DNA of 64,000 bases from Fistulifera solaris (lineage: Eukaryota), in NCBI GenBank assembly GCA_030295235.1, contig AP026136.1, positions 248,001-312,000 of the forward strand, written 5' to 3'. This document shows positions 48,736 to 61,183 of this stretch, in pieces. Made by a program: the position numbers and the translations under genes. Position 1 is the first letter of the stretch; every line of letters begins with the position of its first letter. Under the pieces are notes generated by a model, which was given only the letters and a program-made list of their open reading frames with translations, did not search any database and was not told the DNA's origin.

Positions 48736-50682
48736 TTAGACGAGCTCTTCCGCACCATTTTGACGCGAAGAATCCTCCTTAATTTCGGCTTTGATGGCCT
48801 GGTCAGAATCTTGTCTTTGTTCTTCACTCCCGTGGTTATCAGGGTCAACACGGGCACCACGAGCCAGGCAGTTAGGGCAGCAGTCTCGCATGCAATTGAA
48901 CAGGCAATAGCAGACCGCCAGGAAAACAATCCAGAAAACAACGTCCGCCGAGCCAAAGTTTTTGAAGTCAAGATTCATGTAGGACAGCCAACTGGAGCTG
49001 CCAGATTGGTTTCCACCAGAAAGATTAGTTGACGGTATTGTGATTTTCGTTTGAACGTGGTAGCATCCTCGGAAAACGGTTGAGAATTTAAATGAACTTT
49101 CTTGTCTCCACTTGTTTCTCCAAATTTCATGTTCATGCCCATCCAAGCACTGGTCGCCAACTCCATCATAGACGTCCATCACTAACGTGTCCTCATTCCC
49201 TGGAACAAATCCCTTGTAAGCCAGACCAGCTAGAATGGTCGAAACGTCGCTTGGAACTGCCACAAATGAAATGCGCTTCCTGCTCATTCCATCTTTGGTG
49301 CACTGCCATGCAGAAAAACTGCGCATGTTGCAAAAGTCGAAGTCAGCCAAGTGAAGCGATTCGTTCTGAAGGCTAATGCGGCCTTGCTGGACGGAGATGT
49401 CGACTCGGACTCGATTCAAATCAAGGTCTGCTTCATCCATCAACGTTGGGAAGCTGAAGTTGTAGCTCGGGATGCCGTCGGCAATAGTCATGATGGCTTC
49501 GTTAATGTTGGTCCAGGTTGGGGCGTGGTTCACATTTTGGATCTCAACTGTTTGTGTTACAGGTTTGGAAGCCGCCAATACTCGCTGCTCCCACTGGGCA
49601 ACGACACGGTACTGGAATGACTCTTCAGGTAAGTCCAAGCTTTCTCCATAGGCATTCACGGATGGCTTGGTAAAGTAAGTTTCCGATGGGCGACGGTACT
49701 CAACCCAAAGACCTGTCGTATTCACGGGAATAGGAAGGCTATTCACATCCGCCAAAAGCTTTGCTCCACCACTGTAAAGTTCTCCCTTCGTCGGAATGCT
49801 TTCAATGTCAACAAAAAGCGGTAATGTCACAGTTGAAGTGTTGCTTCCTCCCACCCAGATCAAGGTAGGCTTGCTGATCGGGGCGTCTTGTTCGATCATT
49901 ACAGCATCCGAGGGATGTGCTTCCAGATACAGGGGCACCACTGCTGCTTCTCCAATACCTTCTTCAAAGATTCCTTGCACTTGCTTAGAAGTCAGAGACT
50001 CATCAAAGAGAGAAACTTGCATGATTGAACCTTGAAACGGTTGAGACGTGGCGTCAGCCGTATCCACTTGGGGGAACAGCTGCAATGATTGATTTGAGGG
50101 AAGGCGAGTTAAATCTGCCGCAAATGGAACATTCTCCATAACAAGCTTTCCTTGAATGAACAAGTTTGTCATTGATCCGCTTGTCGAGATGGTCAAAGAA
50201 ACGGGCACATTGTGTTGCAAGTCGTACTGACCCATGCGAATCATACGGCACGAGTGTGTGGAATAATCGTCAAAGGCAAAGACAAGATGTGCCCCCAACT
50301 GAGCCACCATCATGAAGTATCCTCCACATCCAGCGTCTGACTGGAGAAGACGAGACACGCTGCCTGACCCAAATGTCAAAATGGGCTGAAGCATGGGAAT
50401 TTCATCACCAAGAGGGAGTTGCGCAGTGACCCATGTGGACAATGACCACTCATTCTGGCGGGCTAAAAGATGTTCGCGAAGAGCGTCGAGGGTTTTTGAG
50501 CTACGGAGAGTAGCAATCTGGTGAGAGTTGAGCTGGAATCCAGTGCTCTCGTCGCATGCAAAGCTTGAAGCATCGGTGGGTTGCAAGAGTCCGATCAACG
50601 ACTCGTTGTTAGTCGATGCGGCCAATCGGAGAGGATGACAAGGTGTCAAGGTGAACTGTTCGAAAGGTTTAGGTGCTGACAT
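48736..50682 (-). CDS. Membrane-anchored protein with LamG/ConA-like and cadherin-like segments
   Basis: About 648-aa ORF; WSLSTWV…FQGSIMQVSLFDESLTSKQV (LamG-like); VEIQNVNHAP (cadherin-like linker); C-terminal TM followed by Cys cluster. Confidence 0.65.
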   Translation of the reverse strand: MSAPKPFEQFTLTPCHPLRLAASTNNESLIGLLQPTDASSFACDESTGFQLNSHQIATLRSSKTLDALREHLLARQNEWSLSTWVTAQLPLGDEIPMLQPILTFGSGSVSRLLQSDAGCGGYFMMVAQLGAHLVFAFDDYSTHSCRMIRMGQYDLQHNVPVSLTISTSGSMTNLFIQGKLVMENVPFAADLTRLPSNQSLQLFPQVDTADATSQPFQGSIMQVSLFDESLTSKQVQGIFEEGIGEAAVVPLYLEAHPSDAVMIEQDAPISKPTLIWVGGSNTSTVTLPLFVDIESIPTKGELYSGGAKLLADVNSLPIPVNTTGLWVEYRRPSETYFTKPSVNAYGESLDLPEESFQYRVVAQWEQRVLAASKPVTQTVEIQNVNHAPTWTNINEAIMTIADGIPSYNFSFPTLMDEADLDLNRVRVDISVQQGRISLQNESLHLADFDFCNMRSFSAWQCTKDGMSRKRISFVAVPSDVSTILAGLAYKGFVPGNEDTLVMDVYDGVGDQCLDGHEHEIWRNKWRQESSFKFSTVFRGCYHVQTKITIPSTNLSGGNQSGSSSWLSYMNLDFKNFGSADVVFWIVFLAVCYCLFNCMRDCCPNCLARGARVDPDNHGSEEQRQDSDQAIKAEIKEDSSRQNGAEELV

Positions 50683-51425
50683 GTTGTTTTTAATGCTTGT
50701 CAAAAATTGTGAGACAAAATTAAGCTCTCGAGGTGAACCATTTTCATTCTTGGCGTTTTCATCGTTCAGCCGCCGTTTCCAAAACTCGCATTTCCAGCAC
50801 TATAAAAAAACATTTCTGTTTTTTTTTGCCACCAAATTATCCTTGTGCAACTTCTTTCACGATTCAAACATGATGTATGATGCATTCACCGATGGTAAGA
50901 AGCAAGACAAATAAACATTCCTAAAGGCGACGATTATTGAAACCACACGAGTTCAATTGCGCGGTGATGCGACGAATTCTACAACAAACAACTACTATGT
51001 ACAAGTGAAGGCCTTTGTACTCACTCGAGGAGACAAACAAGGAATACAGGTTCAATTCCTCTTCTTGTCTAACCGGTTCTTGGCTTACTGTGATCCATCG
51101 CGGTCTCTTTTTACTCCGCGCCTTACTTTTTGTTTTGCCCAAGGTTTTTTCATCGAAGCACCATGCACCATGCACCATGCACAATAACTCCTCGTTGGCT
51201 TTCCAGCCGATTGCGTCTCATCCAGCTGTTGGGATTTCCTGTTCGAGCGACCATACTCTCTTTGTTATCGTTCTTCATAGTCGATAACGATACGATAACG
51301 ATACGTGGCATACCTTCCACGTCGACTTTACCGAGGACTGTCTTAAGACTTTCTAGGAAGCTTCTTGCCGACCAATCCGGAATATCAACCGGTGAACACG
51401 GTTTTCCCACATCAAATAAAAGAGG

Positions 51426-53987
51426 ATGATTCCACGATCTGTTCCACGGAAAGTATCCCACAATGAAGCAGCCGCACACCCGCCGCGCGGTTCACCGACG
51501 CACCATCGCATTTACTTCCTCAATGCACTTGCGACGATACAGGTACCCAATTCCTTGCTGCGCGGGGTGCAAGTCACTCAAGTAGCCGCGGATGGTACAA
51601 CACAAATCGCCACATTGACTCTTTCCAAAGACAAATTCACTGTCACTTTGTCGTCGGAAGCCTCCTCGGCTGGATTCTTTTCTAAATCGGCCGTCATGAC
51701 GCACCGCGACGTCGACATTAGTGAGATGGACCGTATTCAGCGTGGTCAATCCACCCAGTATTTTGAAAGAGCCAAGAAAAAGGCAGATCGAATGGGAGTT
51801 TTGCTAAAATCAGAACTATTCCGTGGTTCATCGCACGGATCCAGCGCCAACAATTCCTATCACACGCATTCGCCATCGTCCGTGGCTTCCTCGGCAACGG
51901 CGTTGCATCCGGAGCTTTCTTTTAGCATTATTTTCCGCGGGGCTCATACTTTGGATCTGATGGCGGCGACTTCCGAAGCGCGAGACAAGATTTGCGACGC
52001 ACTGGATCGCATCTTGTTGGCCTATCAGAGGTACAAAGTGCGCGTCGCGCACGAAGTACTCCTGCTGCGGTACGTATGGTTGAATGTCAACGATCACGGT
52101 CGACTGGGACAATACATGCCAGTTCAGCAATTTGGAAAAGTACTGCAAGAAATCAATTTTGTCATGAAACCGAGGGATTTGCAATCGGCGTATGATCACT
52201 TTGGGAAGGTGATTGGGTTGGACCGATCCAGTCGGCGGAAAGGTTTAACGTTTGAGCAATCTGCCACCTTTTGCACAAGATCAAGCGAGATAGCTGGATG
52301 GTCAAGCCTGTTCAAGTCATTTGGAATGATGTGTTTGGAGAAGTAATGAACAATGGGAAAATGAGGACGACCGTTTCGGATAAAACCTTTCTCGAGAAGT
52401 TTCTTCGGGGGAAGCAGGGGGATGCAAAAGCTACACTTGTGGACGTTCGAAAGCTGTTTCGGAGACTACATGATATGGAAATTGCACACGCCACTCCCGA
52501 ACCTATCGATCCGTCTCGGATTTCGAAGGACCAGTTTGAGGCATTCTTGCATGCTCCGGAGAATGATGTTTTCGATCCCGAGAAAGAAAAGATTTAACAA
52601 AGTTGACATGAACCAACCTCTTTCAGAGTATTGGATTAACAGCAGTCATAATACCTATCTGATTGGTGATCAGTACACCTCACATTCCAGTGTCGAGATG
52701 TACTCGGAAGCACTTTACAGGGGATGCAGATGCTTGGAACTTGACATTTGGGATGGCGGTCGAGCGGCCGATGGAACGCCTGTTCCTGTCGTATGGCATG
52801 GGCACACTATGACAACCAAAATCCTCTTTGTTGACATTATCAAGACAATCAAAGTCTTCCTCAACTTTCATCCTGACACGTTCCCTATCATCCTTTCTTT
52901 CGAAAATCACTGCAGCATTCCTTACCAAGAATATATGGCGGAGAAGTTGGTCAGAATATTCGGACCTTCTCTTTACATACCTACGGAAGCATCTCTATAC
53001 GGAGCATTGCCTTCGCCATCCAAACTCAGAGGTATGGTCGTGGTTAAGGGACGCCGACCAACCGGTACGGAGGCCGATGCATACGACACTGACGACGATT
53101 TTTCGGATGATGGAGAAGACCTTTTCTTGGCAAAGGAATTGGAGGCACAAAACGCAGAGCTGCACAAAAAGCATAGGGTGGCCCCTCAGCTAGCTAGATT
53201 AACCTTGCTTCACGGTCACAAGCTACAAAGTTTCGAGGAGTCAATGCGCACTCCCAGCTACTTTATGCATTCTTTCAGCGAGAACAAGGTACGAAGCTAC
53301 TGTAGATCAAAGTCGGTCTACAGTTGGATTGACTACAACCAGACGCACATGAGTCGTACATATCCAGCTGGTGCTCGCGTTGATTCGAGCAATTATAATC
53401 CGTTGTTGGCGTGGAGTGTGGGTTGTCAAATGGTTGCTCTTAACTTTCAAACCCAAGATGCATTTTTGCGTCTGAACGACGGTCGATTTCGGGAAAATGG
53501 AAACTGCGGCTACGTTTTGAAACCGTCTGCACTTATGATAAAGGATGGGTACAGTGAAGCATCATCTCCTTTAAAACTGTCCGTGAAAGTGCTTAGTGGA
53601 TCATGCCTACCGAAACCAAAAGGACAGCGAACACGTGATTGCATAGACCCGTATGTCAAAGTTGTCCTATACGATGTGTTGAAAGAAGAAAAGGAGATTG
53701 CAACTTTATTCCAGACAGTTGTGGTACACCAAAATGGATTCTTTCCTATTTGGAACGAAAAATTCAATTTTTTGGTGGAAAATTGGGCCGTCGCCATCCT
53801 TCAGCTGACGCTTTACAACAATACCAAGGATGAATTCATAGCAAGCGCTTCCATTCCTGTCTCGTGTTTACGAGGTGGCATCCGGAGTGTTAAACTTTAT
53901 GACGAGGCAAACTCCAGAACTGGGGCGATTGACTTTGCGACACTGCTACTTGACGTGAAAATCGGACAAATAGTCGCTGAAATTTAA
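51426..53987 (+). CDS. Phosphoinositide-specific phospholipase C (PH, EF-like, X, Y, C2)
   Basis: DMNQPLSEYWINSSHNTYL, GCRCLELDIWDG, HGHTMT, PIILSFENHC, RTYPAGARVDSSNYNP, GCQMVALNFQT, C2 domain; frameshifts ~52270 and ~52590. Confidence 0.95.
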
Positions 53988-54505
53988 AAACGAAGTTTTC
54001 GGCAATTTGGCTCCTCTACATTGGATTATTAAGGGAAGAGTGGCAATTAATTGTCGCGGATGCTAAAGCTAAAGTGCTGCTCCGCATCCGGATAGCTTCA
54101 ATGCCTTGTTTCAGAACGATTTTTCAAGGCGCGTTGTCTATTTCGTTTGTCAAACCTCCGATGAAAGAAAACCCTAGCAAAGAAATCGCATCTTCGTTGG
54201 CGACTCTTTTCGATAGGCCCTTGCTTTTTGCCCGATGCCCAGCGAGAACCACGACGGAGAAATGCGAAAATTATTTTCCACTAACGATTTTTAGGGTTAG
54301 GCCTTTTTACTGTGAATAGGACATTATTTTGAACACTACAATTTCCGTAGAAAGGCCTCGGTTCGCTTTTTCATCTCGGCCGTTTCCGCGTTTGTGTGAT
54401 TCGTTTCCTCTCTCGTGGTTCTCTTTCTTCTCATAAAGAGAAAGCGAAAAGCAAAACAAACAAGAAACACACAAAACACTCAAAAAAATCTGAATCATTT
54501 GCATC

Positions 54506-56273
54506 ATGAAAATTGTCATTGTCGGAGGAGTCGCTGGAGGTGCCAGTCGCGGCAGCCAGAGCGAGACGTCTTAGTGAGAAAGCCGAGATCCTTCTTCTGC
54601 AGTAAGTGGCCAATTGTTTTAACCAAAGATTCGTCTTGCTCTTCCCCTTTCTTACACCTTAAAACAGGTCTGGTCCCGATATTTCCTTTGCAAGCTGTGG
54701 TATGCCTTACTTTATCGGCAATGAAATCACGGACCGGGAAGTCTATGGCAGTACAAACACCGAAAGTCTGCGTCGTACCCTGAACATTGAGGTTCAGCGT
54801 CCTTTCGACGGTCACGGACATCAAGACCGATGAAAAGACCATTACGGTACGCGATGATGCGAAGGGTGATGTCTACACCAAAGCATACGACCACTTGATT
54901 CTGGCTGTTGGTGCTGCACCCTTCAAACCTCCCATTCCGGGCATTGAGCGCCCTGGACTCTTCTCCTTGCGCAATTTGCAAGATATGGATCAAATCTATG
55001 CATGGATTGAGAAGAAGCAGAAAGAACTGGGTGAAGGAGATATGCGCTGTGTCGTTGCCGGGCTGGTTTTATTGGTCTCGAGATGGTGGAGCAACTGGTA
55101 CACCGCAATATGAATGTCACATTGGTCGAAGCCATGCCGCAAATTATGGGACCGATGGATGTGGAGATGGCGGCCATTTTGCACAGCGACTTGGAAGCTC
55201 ATGGTGTGGATGTGATTGTCAATGACCCCATTGCCTCTTTTGGCGGAAGCACCCAAGGATCCGGAAAGTTCCATTCTCACACTCAAATCGGGCAAAGTGT
55301 TGCCTGCCGCGCAACTTACGATTCTCGGACTTGGCGTCCGACCGGATACCGACGTTATCAAACAAGCTGGTATCGAAGTAACTCCAGCGTGGACATATTG
55401 TTGTGGACCTAAACGCTACATACTTCGGCCTCCAACGTTTGGGCCGTTGGTGATGCCGTTGAGATCACCAATCCAATTCTTGGCGAGAAATGGGGCGGTA
55501 CCTTTGGCCGGACCTGCCAATCGCCAAGGCCGTATGGTGGCAGATAATATTTTTCTGGAAACAAAACGCAAGTACAAAGGTACATGGAGAGTCAGCATTG
55601 TGCGTTCGTTTGAATTATCGCGGCCTGTGTTGGATTGAATGATAAACTTTTGAAAGCGAAAGGTCTTCCGTACTCGGTGGTGCATATTCATCCCAATGAT
55701 CACGCTGGATACTATCCTGGCGCTGGAGAAAGTGCATTTAAAACTTATTTTTGACCCAATGTTGGGAAAGATTTATGGTGCACAAATTGTCGGAAAGGCC
55801 GGTGTCGATAAACGTATTGATGTAATTGCCACGGCGATGCAAGGAAATTTGAAGGTGGAAGACTTGGCGGAGCTCGAACTCAGTTATGCACCTCCGACCG
55901 GGTCCGCCAAAGATGCCGTCAACTATGCCGGGATGGCCGCGCAGAATACGGTAGAAGGCTTGGTGTCTCAGGTGCAATGGACGGAACTCGAAACATTGGC
56001 GGCGATCCGAGCACGGTGATTTTGGATGTCTGCAATCCAGGGGAAATCGAAGGGAACGGACCTTTGGTCCCAACAGCATTGAATATTCCACTGGGTGAAC
56101 TGCGCAGTCAATTGAACGAAGTCCCCCGTGACAAGAAACTTCGTCGTTTAGGCGCTTCGGGACAGCGTGCCTACCACGCATGTTGCATATTGAAACAAAA
56201 TGGTTTTCCGGATGTACAGAATCTGGCAGGTGCCTTCATGACGACTAGCTTTGCGCGTCAGACAGCCGCTTAG
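54506..56273 (+). pseudogene. CoA-disulfide reductase / NADH-persulfide reductase with C-terminal rhodanese domain, multiply frameshifted
   Basis: MKIVIVGGVAGGAS, ISFASCGMPYFIG, YDHLILAVGA, GFIG, PLAGPANRQGR, GVDKRIDVIATA, LELSYAPP.GSAKD, rhodanese ILDV…ALNIPLGELR…SGQRAY; intron 54602-54667; many indels (pseudogene or low-quality consensus). Confidence 0.8.
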
Positions 56274-56603
56274 GTCCTCTAGTAATGTGAAACATGTAAA
56301 TACAATAAAATAATGAGGTTTCCTTATTCGTTATGTTTCATTAGCTACATTTCTAAGAAACGTCCTTGAAAATCTTTGCAGAAGGCAGAAGTAGATTTTG
56401 CCTGTCCGTCGTTTCGTAACGGGACTGCAACAACCGTGAACCGTGAACCATGGTTCTCGCAGCACCTATAATTACCAAGAACCCCGACGTTTTTTTTTTA
56501 TTGAACGATGATGAAGCGAAAGAGGACAAAATAAAACCTTCTGAAAGTCCCAGTTTCTCACGAGAACTTCCTTCCTTTGGAAAAGCCAACCCACGATCAT
56601 GAG

Positions 56604-58824
56604 ATGACTGCCGTATTCGTCATGCCGGTGGCATACGTGGAAGTGTTCCCCATGTCGACGGCTTGCTGGACCTCGGCATCGCTCAAACGAAAATTGATTC
56701 AACTCAGTGTTCAGTCGGATTTAGGTGGTGCTTCATTGAAGATCCAATTCCATAAAACGAAAGGCATACGTTGTGGGCTCTTATGTCAAGACAATGAGCC
56801 TCTGTTGTACCTCCGCCCAGGAAATCCGAGCGCCAACTGGGTAGTGGCCTGTCGATGTGAGGCGTACCTCGTTGGTGCAGGTAGTCAAGAAGTGACGGCA
56901 GTGCGTGTCACCGAGTCAACGTTGGTACATGTTCGACCAGCCCCTTCCTGGATGCTGCAATTGACGGGGCAAGTCGCTGTCCAGCCATCTCTATCGGAGG
57001 AGGATGTTTTGTCCTGTTACAATGAGGATACCATCCGACAACTTACCTACTATTTGAACACGGCGTTTTCGGAACAGACGTATGTAGCGACGACCGAAGA
57101 TGCCTTTCTGGAAAAAAGAAAAACGTGATCGGCGCAAACTCATTGTGGACCAGAACCTAGATCAAATCTTGGGCCACCCCGTGACGCCCTATCCTTCCAC
57201 CAAAGACCCATTTGGTGCCCAATCGGTTCTATTGATGCATTCCCCCGACCACGGCGATGGGAAAACGACATTGGTGACGACTTTGTTGCACCGATTGGGA
57301 TGTGACAATGTTTATATCATTCATCCGGGTCCACTGCTGGCCAAGTATGGGGTGATGGCCGATGCTGCTCTGGCAACGATCATTCACGAGGTGACGATAG
57401 CCGCCGCGTTCCGTCAGCAAAAAATAGCCGTCGTCATGGATTCAATGGATTTGTTTTGGGGAACAGCGTCCGACGCCGCTGCAGCCGCCATGAATGGTTG
57501 CGCAGCCTATTTGAAACAACTTTGTCACAGTCTCCAGCATCGGAGGGAACTATTGTTTCCGTCCAGCTCGCGTCTATACAACTGGCGAGGGCACAAAGGC
57601 TACATTGTACCTGTATCCTTCTGTCTTGTGGGTATTACGACCTGTGTTGAAGATGCCTTGCCCGAATCATTCACCGTGCCCAAGTTTCGTCTACCTTCCT
57701 TGAGTGCCGACACGAGACTTCACGCTTTCAGGTATGCTCTTCAAAAAGCAGGCCTTCATTTATCGGATTATTTGCAAGAAAGGTTGCCATATTTGACTGC
57801 TGGGGCAACTCGAGCTCGAGGAGCTGATTTTAGTCGCGTGGCCCATCATCTGGCTTCTACTACTGATGCAACGGAGGTAACCGTGGAACACTTTCGTGAA
57901 AGCCTGCAACGAATAGTGTCCAGTTCCGGTGCCTCGGATATACTGTTCATGTCGAAACAAGGAGGCGACATGTTTTCTTCCGTGGGAGGAAATGAGCCAG
58001 CCAAACGAGCCATTGAAGAAGCGCTCATGTGCGATCCGAATCATCGAGCGATATTGTATGAAGTTGGTCTCAAGCCACCTTCGGGTATTCTTTTATTTGG
58101 TCCTCCTGGTACAGGAAAAACTTTGCTAGCCAAAGCGATTGCTAACTTTTTAAGCGAATCAGCGGGGCCATCGTCATTAGGTGGAGCATTCATTTCTCTG
58201 ACTAGCACCGACATTGTCCGATCAGAGTTTGGTACAGGGGAGAAGATGTTGACAGCAGCGTTTGAAACCGCCAAGCTAAATGCCCCTTCTGTTGTATTTT
58301 TAGACGAGTTTCAAGCGTTATTCACCGAGCGTGGTACGTCTTCCTCGAGGCTTACCAGCACGCTGATGACTTGCATGGACAACGTAGGAAAATGGAAGTC
58401 GTTACGAAGCAAAGACAGGTCGAGTATACAAAACGATCCAGATCATGTGATTCTTTTAGCGGCTACGAATAGTCCGTGGCAAATAGACAAAGCATTTCTT
58501 CGACCTGGCCGATTCGACCGATGTATACATGTCGGACTGCCAGATGACGCGTCCAGGAAAGACATTTACAAACTCCATGTTGGACGAATGACGACAAAAT
58601 TAACAATTGGTTTGGATGATCTATGCAGCGAACTCGGTCAGTCGTCGCATGGGTTCAGCGGTGCTGATATTGCAGCACATTGCCATGCGGCTGCTGTGCT
58701 ATGCCTAGTTGACGGGACCGACTGCGTTACGGAGCATCACTTTCGCCAAGCGCTCCTTGACGAGTTCCGCGCTAGCAGCGACGAAGCTCTTGTGATACGA
58801 CTATCGACATGGACACCGATCTGA
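56604..58824 (+). CDS. CDC48-like AAA+ ATPase (degenerate D1, canonical D2)
   Basis: D1 Walker A HSPDHGDGKTT; D2 GILLFGPPGTGKT, VFLDEFQ, AATNSPW.IDKAFLRPGRFDR; frameshift in an A-run ~57115. Confidence 0.85.
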
Positions 58825-58887
58825 TCCATATAATGCATAGAACAAAAATATGTAATGTGTACTTAGAGAGTTGCAAAAACTATCAAA

Positions 58888-60783
58888 TTAGTATCGGCGT
58901 AATCCGCACGCTTTGTCTGTAGATTTCTTTTTCTTGCCTCTACGCTCCCTCCCCTTAGCTTCGTTTGGATTTCTACGACCGAATCCTACCTTGATGTCAG
59001 TATTCGTCGCTGTTGCGTGACATCCGACGTTAGTGGCAATATCACGTCCAAACATTGATTGTGCTGCATTCTTCGCCTTCCCTCCAGAACTGATCTTCAC
59101 TTTCTGGTTCCAAGCACCAATCATCAGCTGGTCCTCACGAAGGAGTAGATCGCCATGAAAGCGATTGCCAGTGCCAGGTTTAGGCAAGGAGAATTTTGTG
59201 CCTCGTAAATTATGCTTGTACTTTTTAGACAAATGCAACCGCAGACGACCCGTTTTCCCATCAACACTAGCGGCTATACGCTGCATGAAATCACTGCCAC
59301 ATCTTTCACAGAACAATCGTTTTGAGCCCAAAGGTCCTGCATTGTCTGCATTCGTATAAATCTTGTAGCAGGCACCGCAACGTGTCACCCAAGACTTTAA
59401 CTTTCGTACTTTGACGCCGTCAACGGAAAGAAGTTCCAAGTTCATTTGCAAAATTACGTTCTGCATTGCAAAATCGGTTGTAGCACACGCAGCTCTTTGA
59501 CTAATGGGCGGTCCATGGACGATGGGTGCATTTGCTTTCATATCTAAATGGCTCGGATTGCGTTGAGGATCAAGAAAGCCAGCACTTTTCATAGCCTTGA
59601 GTTCGTTTGTAGATGTGATCCATCCTTCCCCATCGTCCTCAACATCGCCATCTTGACCGGCTACGGTCACACCACCCATGATGCGAGACTCCTGTGGCTT
59701 CTTTACATCTTCTTTGTCATGAGTCAGCTGAATAGCTGATTCTGTAGATTCCTCAGTTGATGTTGTTTCTTTCTTGACAGCTTTGGGTTTGGGTTTCAAT
59801 AAATCCTGATAACCGCGAAATGAGTTGTACAATTTTCCAGACTTCGAAATTGGCTTCAACGATTGCTGCTTGCGAAGTTCATCAGCCTTTCGCTGCGCCT
59901 CCAGGTCCACTAGCTCTGCTTCGCTGTCATCGCCACCTTCGTATGGAACGAGGCGTGCAGCCGAGAGGCTGGGGAAATCAGACTGCAGCTCCTTTTGCAG
60001 TGCATCGTGAGACAGATCATTGTTGTTATTTGCAACCGCTGTCTCAAATTCATCGTCTTCCGCGTCACTGAATTGTCCTTCGGAAACGGATGCGCTCAGA
60101 TTCATTTTGCCGAATGGTTTGGACATGAGGTCTTCGGTCAGCGCTGGATTTGGAACAACGCGTGTTACCTTGGAAAGATCCGAGCTACCTTCTTTCGGAT
60201 TGACTAGCATCGCCCATGTTTTAGGTTTCGCTGGTTCATCTACTTTGCTTACACTGGACGGAGAGACACAAGATCCCTGATCGTCAGCATGAGTTGTAAC
60301 AGATTCAGCAGGTTCCGTATCATATTCTTCATCCTCCGAATCGGAGACTTCTTCGACGTCGTATTCTTCCGTCGAAACCTCATTTTTCATCAACATTTCC
60401 ACCTTACCAACACCAAGCATACGTTTTGGCGTTTTTCGAATATGATCTATAAGTCCATTGCAGCCTTCCCTCTCTAAATCGTACAACAACCCCAATACTT
60501 GTAAATCGACCACGGAAAGACTCTGGTAATCACCCGTTTGTCTGGCAAAATCGATGACTGTTTGCACAGCCTCCTTACTTGGCTCTCGAGCTTGTAACTT
60601 AAATGGTAACGAATCGAGATGTTCGCGCGCTTTGGCGTCTCGAATCTCTTGCAATACGGCAGGGACAGTGTAAAACTGTTGTGCTTTTCTCCACAACGAA
60701 TTGAGAGCGGTACGGCGGATGATGGGACCGGAATCCACGACTAGGTAGCGATACGTGGATTCATCGTTTTCGGATAAATTCAT
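58888..60783 (-). CDS. NOB1: 20S/18S-E pre-rRNA D-site endonuclease NOB1
   Basis: PIN domain LVVDSGPII…EIRD…TGDYQSLSVVD; DDGEGWIT; ACATTDFAMQNVILQM; Zn ribbon RCGAC…FCERCG; LRGTKFSLPKP. Confidence 0.95.
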   Translation of the reverse strand: MNLSENDESTYRYLVVDSGPIIRRTALNSLWRKAQQFYTVPAVLQEIRDAKAREHLDSLPFKLQAREPSKEAVQTVIDFARQTGDYQSLSVVDLQVLGLLYDLEREGCNGLIDHIRKTPKRMLGVGKVEMLMKNEVSTEEYDVEEVSDSEDEEYDTEPAESVTTHADDQGSCVSPSSVSKVDEPAKPKTWAMLVNPKEGSSDLSKVTRVVPNPALTEDLMSKPFGKMNLSASVSEGQFSDAEDDEFETAVANNNNDLSHDALQKELQSDFPSLSAARLVPYEGGDDSEAELVDLEAQRKADELRKQQSLKPISKSGKLYNSFRGYQDLLKPKPKAVKKETTSTEESTESAIQLTHDKEDVKKPQESRIMGGVTVAGQDGDVEDDGEGWITSTNELKAMKSAGFLDPQRNPSHLDMKANAPIVHGPPISQRAACATTDFAMQNVILQMNLELLSVDGVKVRKLKSWVTRCGACYKIYTNADNAGPLGSKRLFCERCGSDFMQRIAASVDGKTGRLRLHLSKKYKHNLRGTKFSLPKPGTGNRFHGDLLLREDQLMIGAWNQKVKISSGGKAKNAAQSMFGRDIATNVGCHATATNTDIKVGFGRRNPNEAKGRERRGKKKKSTDKACGLRRY

Positions 60784-61183
60784 TTCAAATTAAAACAGTT
60801 CTTGTTGCAATGTTTAAACGTCAATGTTTGCGGATCAAGAATGATTTGTTTTCTTGGAAAATTGGCAAGAGGAATAAATTTTTGAAGTGGATTTTAAAAC
60901 TGGTTGGATAAAAACGAATGCGGACGACGGATGAGCGACTCCTGCGCGGTGTCATGTCAGTGGGTACCGGTACCAGGTAAAATAATGTCGAACGAGTTAA
61001 CAGCACGAAAGAAACTATAGACTCCAGCGACCTTCCCCTTGCTAGCGACAAGCAAAAAATAGTTTCATGCAAGGTCTAGGTAGTAAAGTCGATCATCGAA
61101 AAAACAATTTGAAGAACTAGTCATTCTCATTGCCATCCTTCTGGGCTTTGTTATTTCTGAAAGATATTTATTTCATAACACTA

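Noticed and set aside
54200..54330. Telomerase RNA (template CCTAACCCTAA on the minus strand)
   Set aside because: No recognisable type-3 Pol III promoter, and a T4 run follows about 20 nt after the template. Kept only as a telo-box-like motif.
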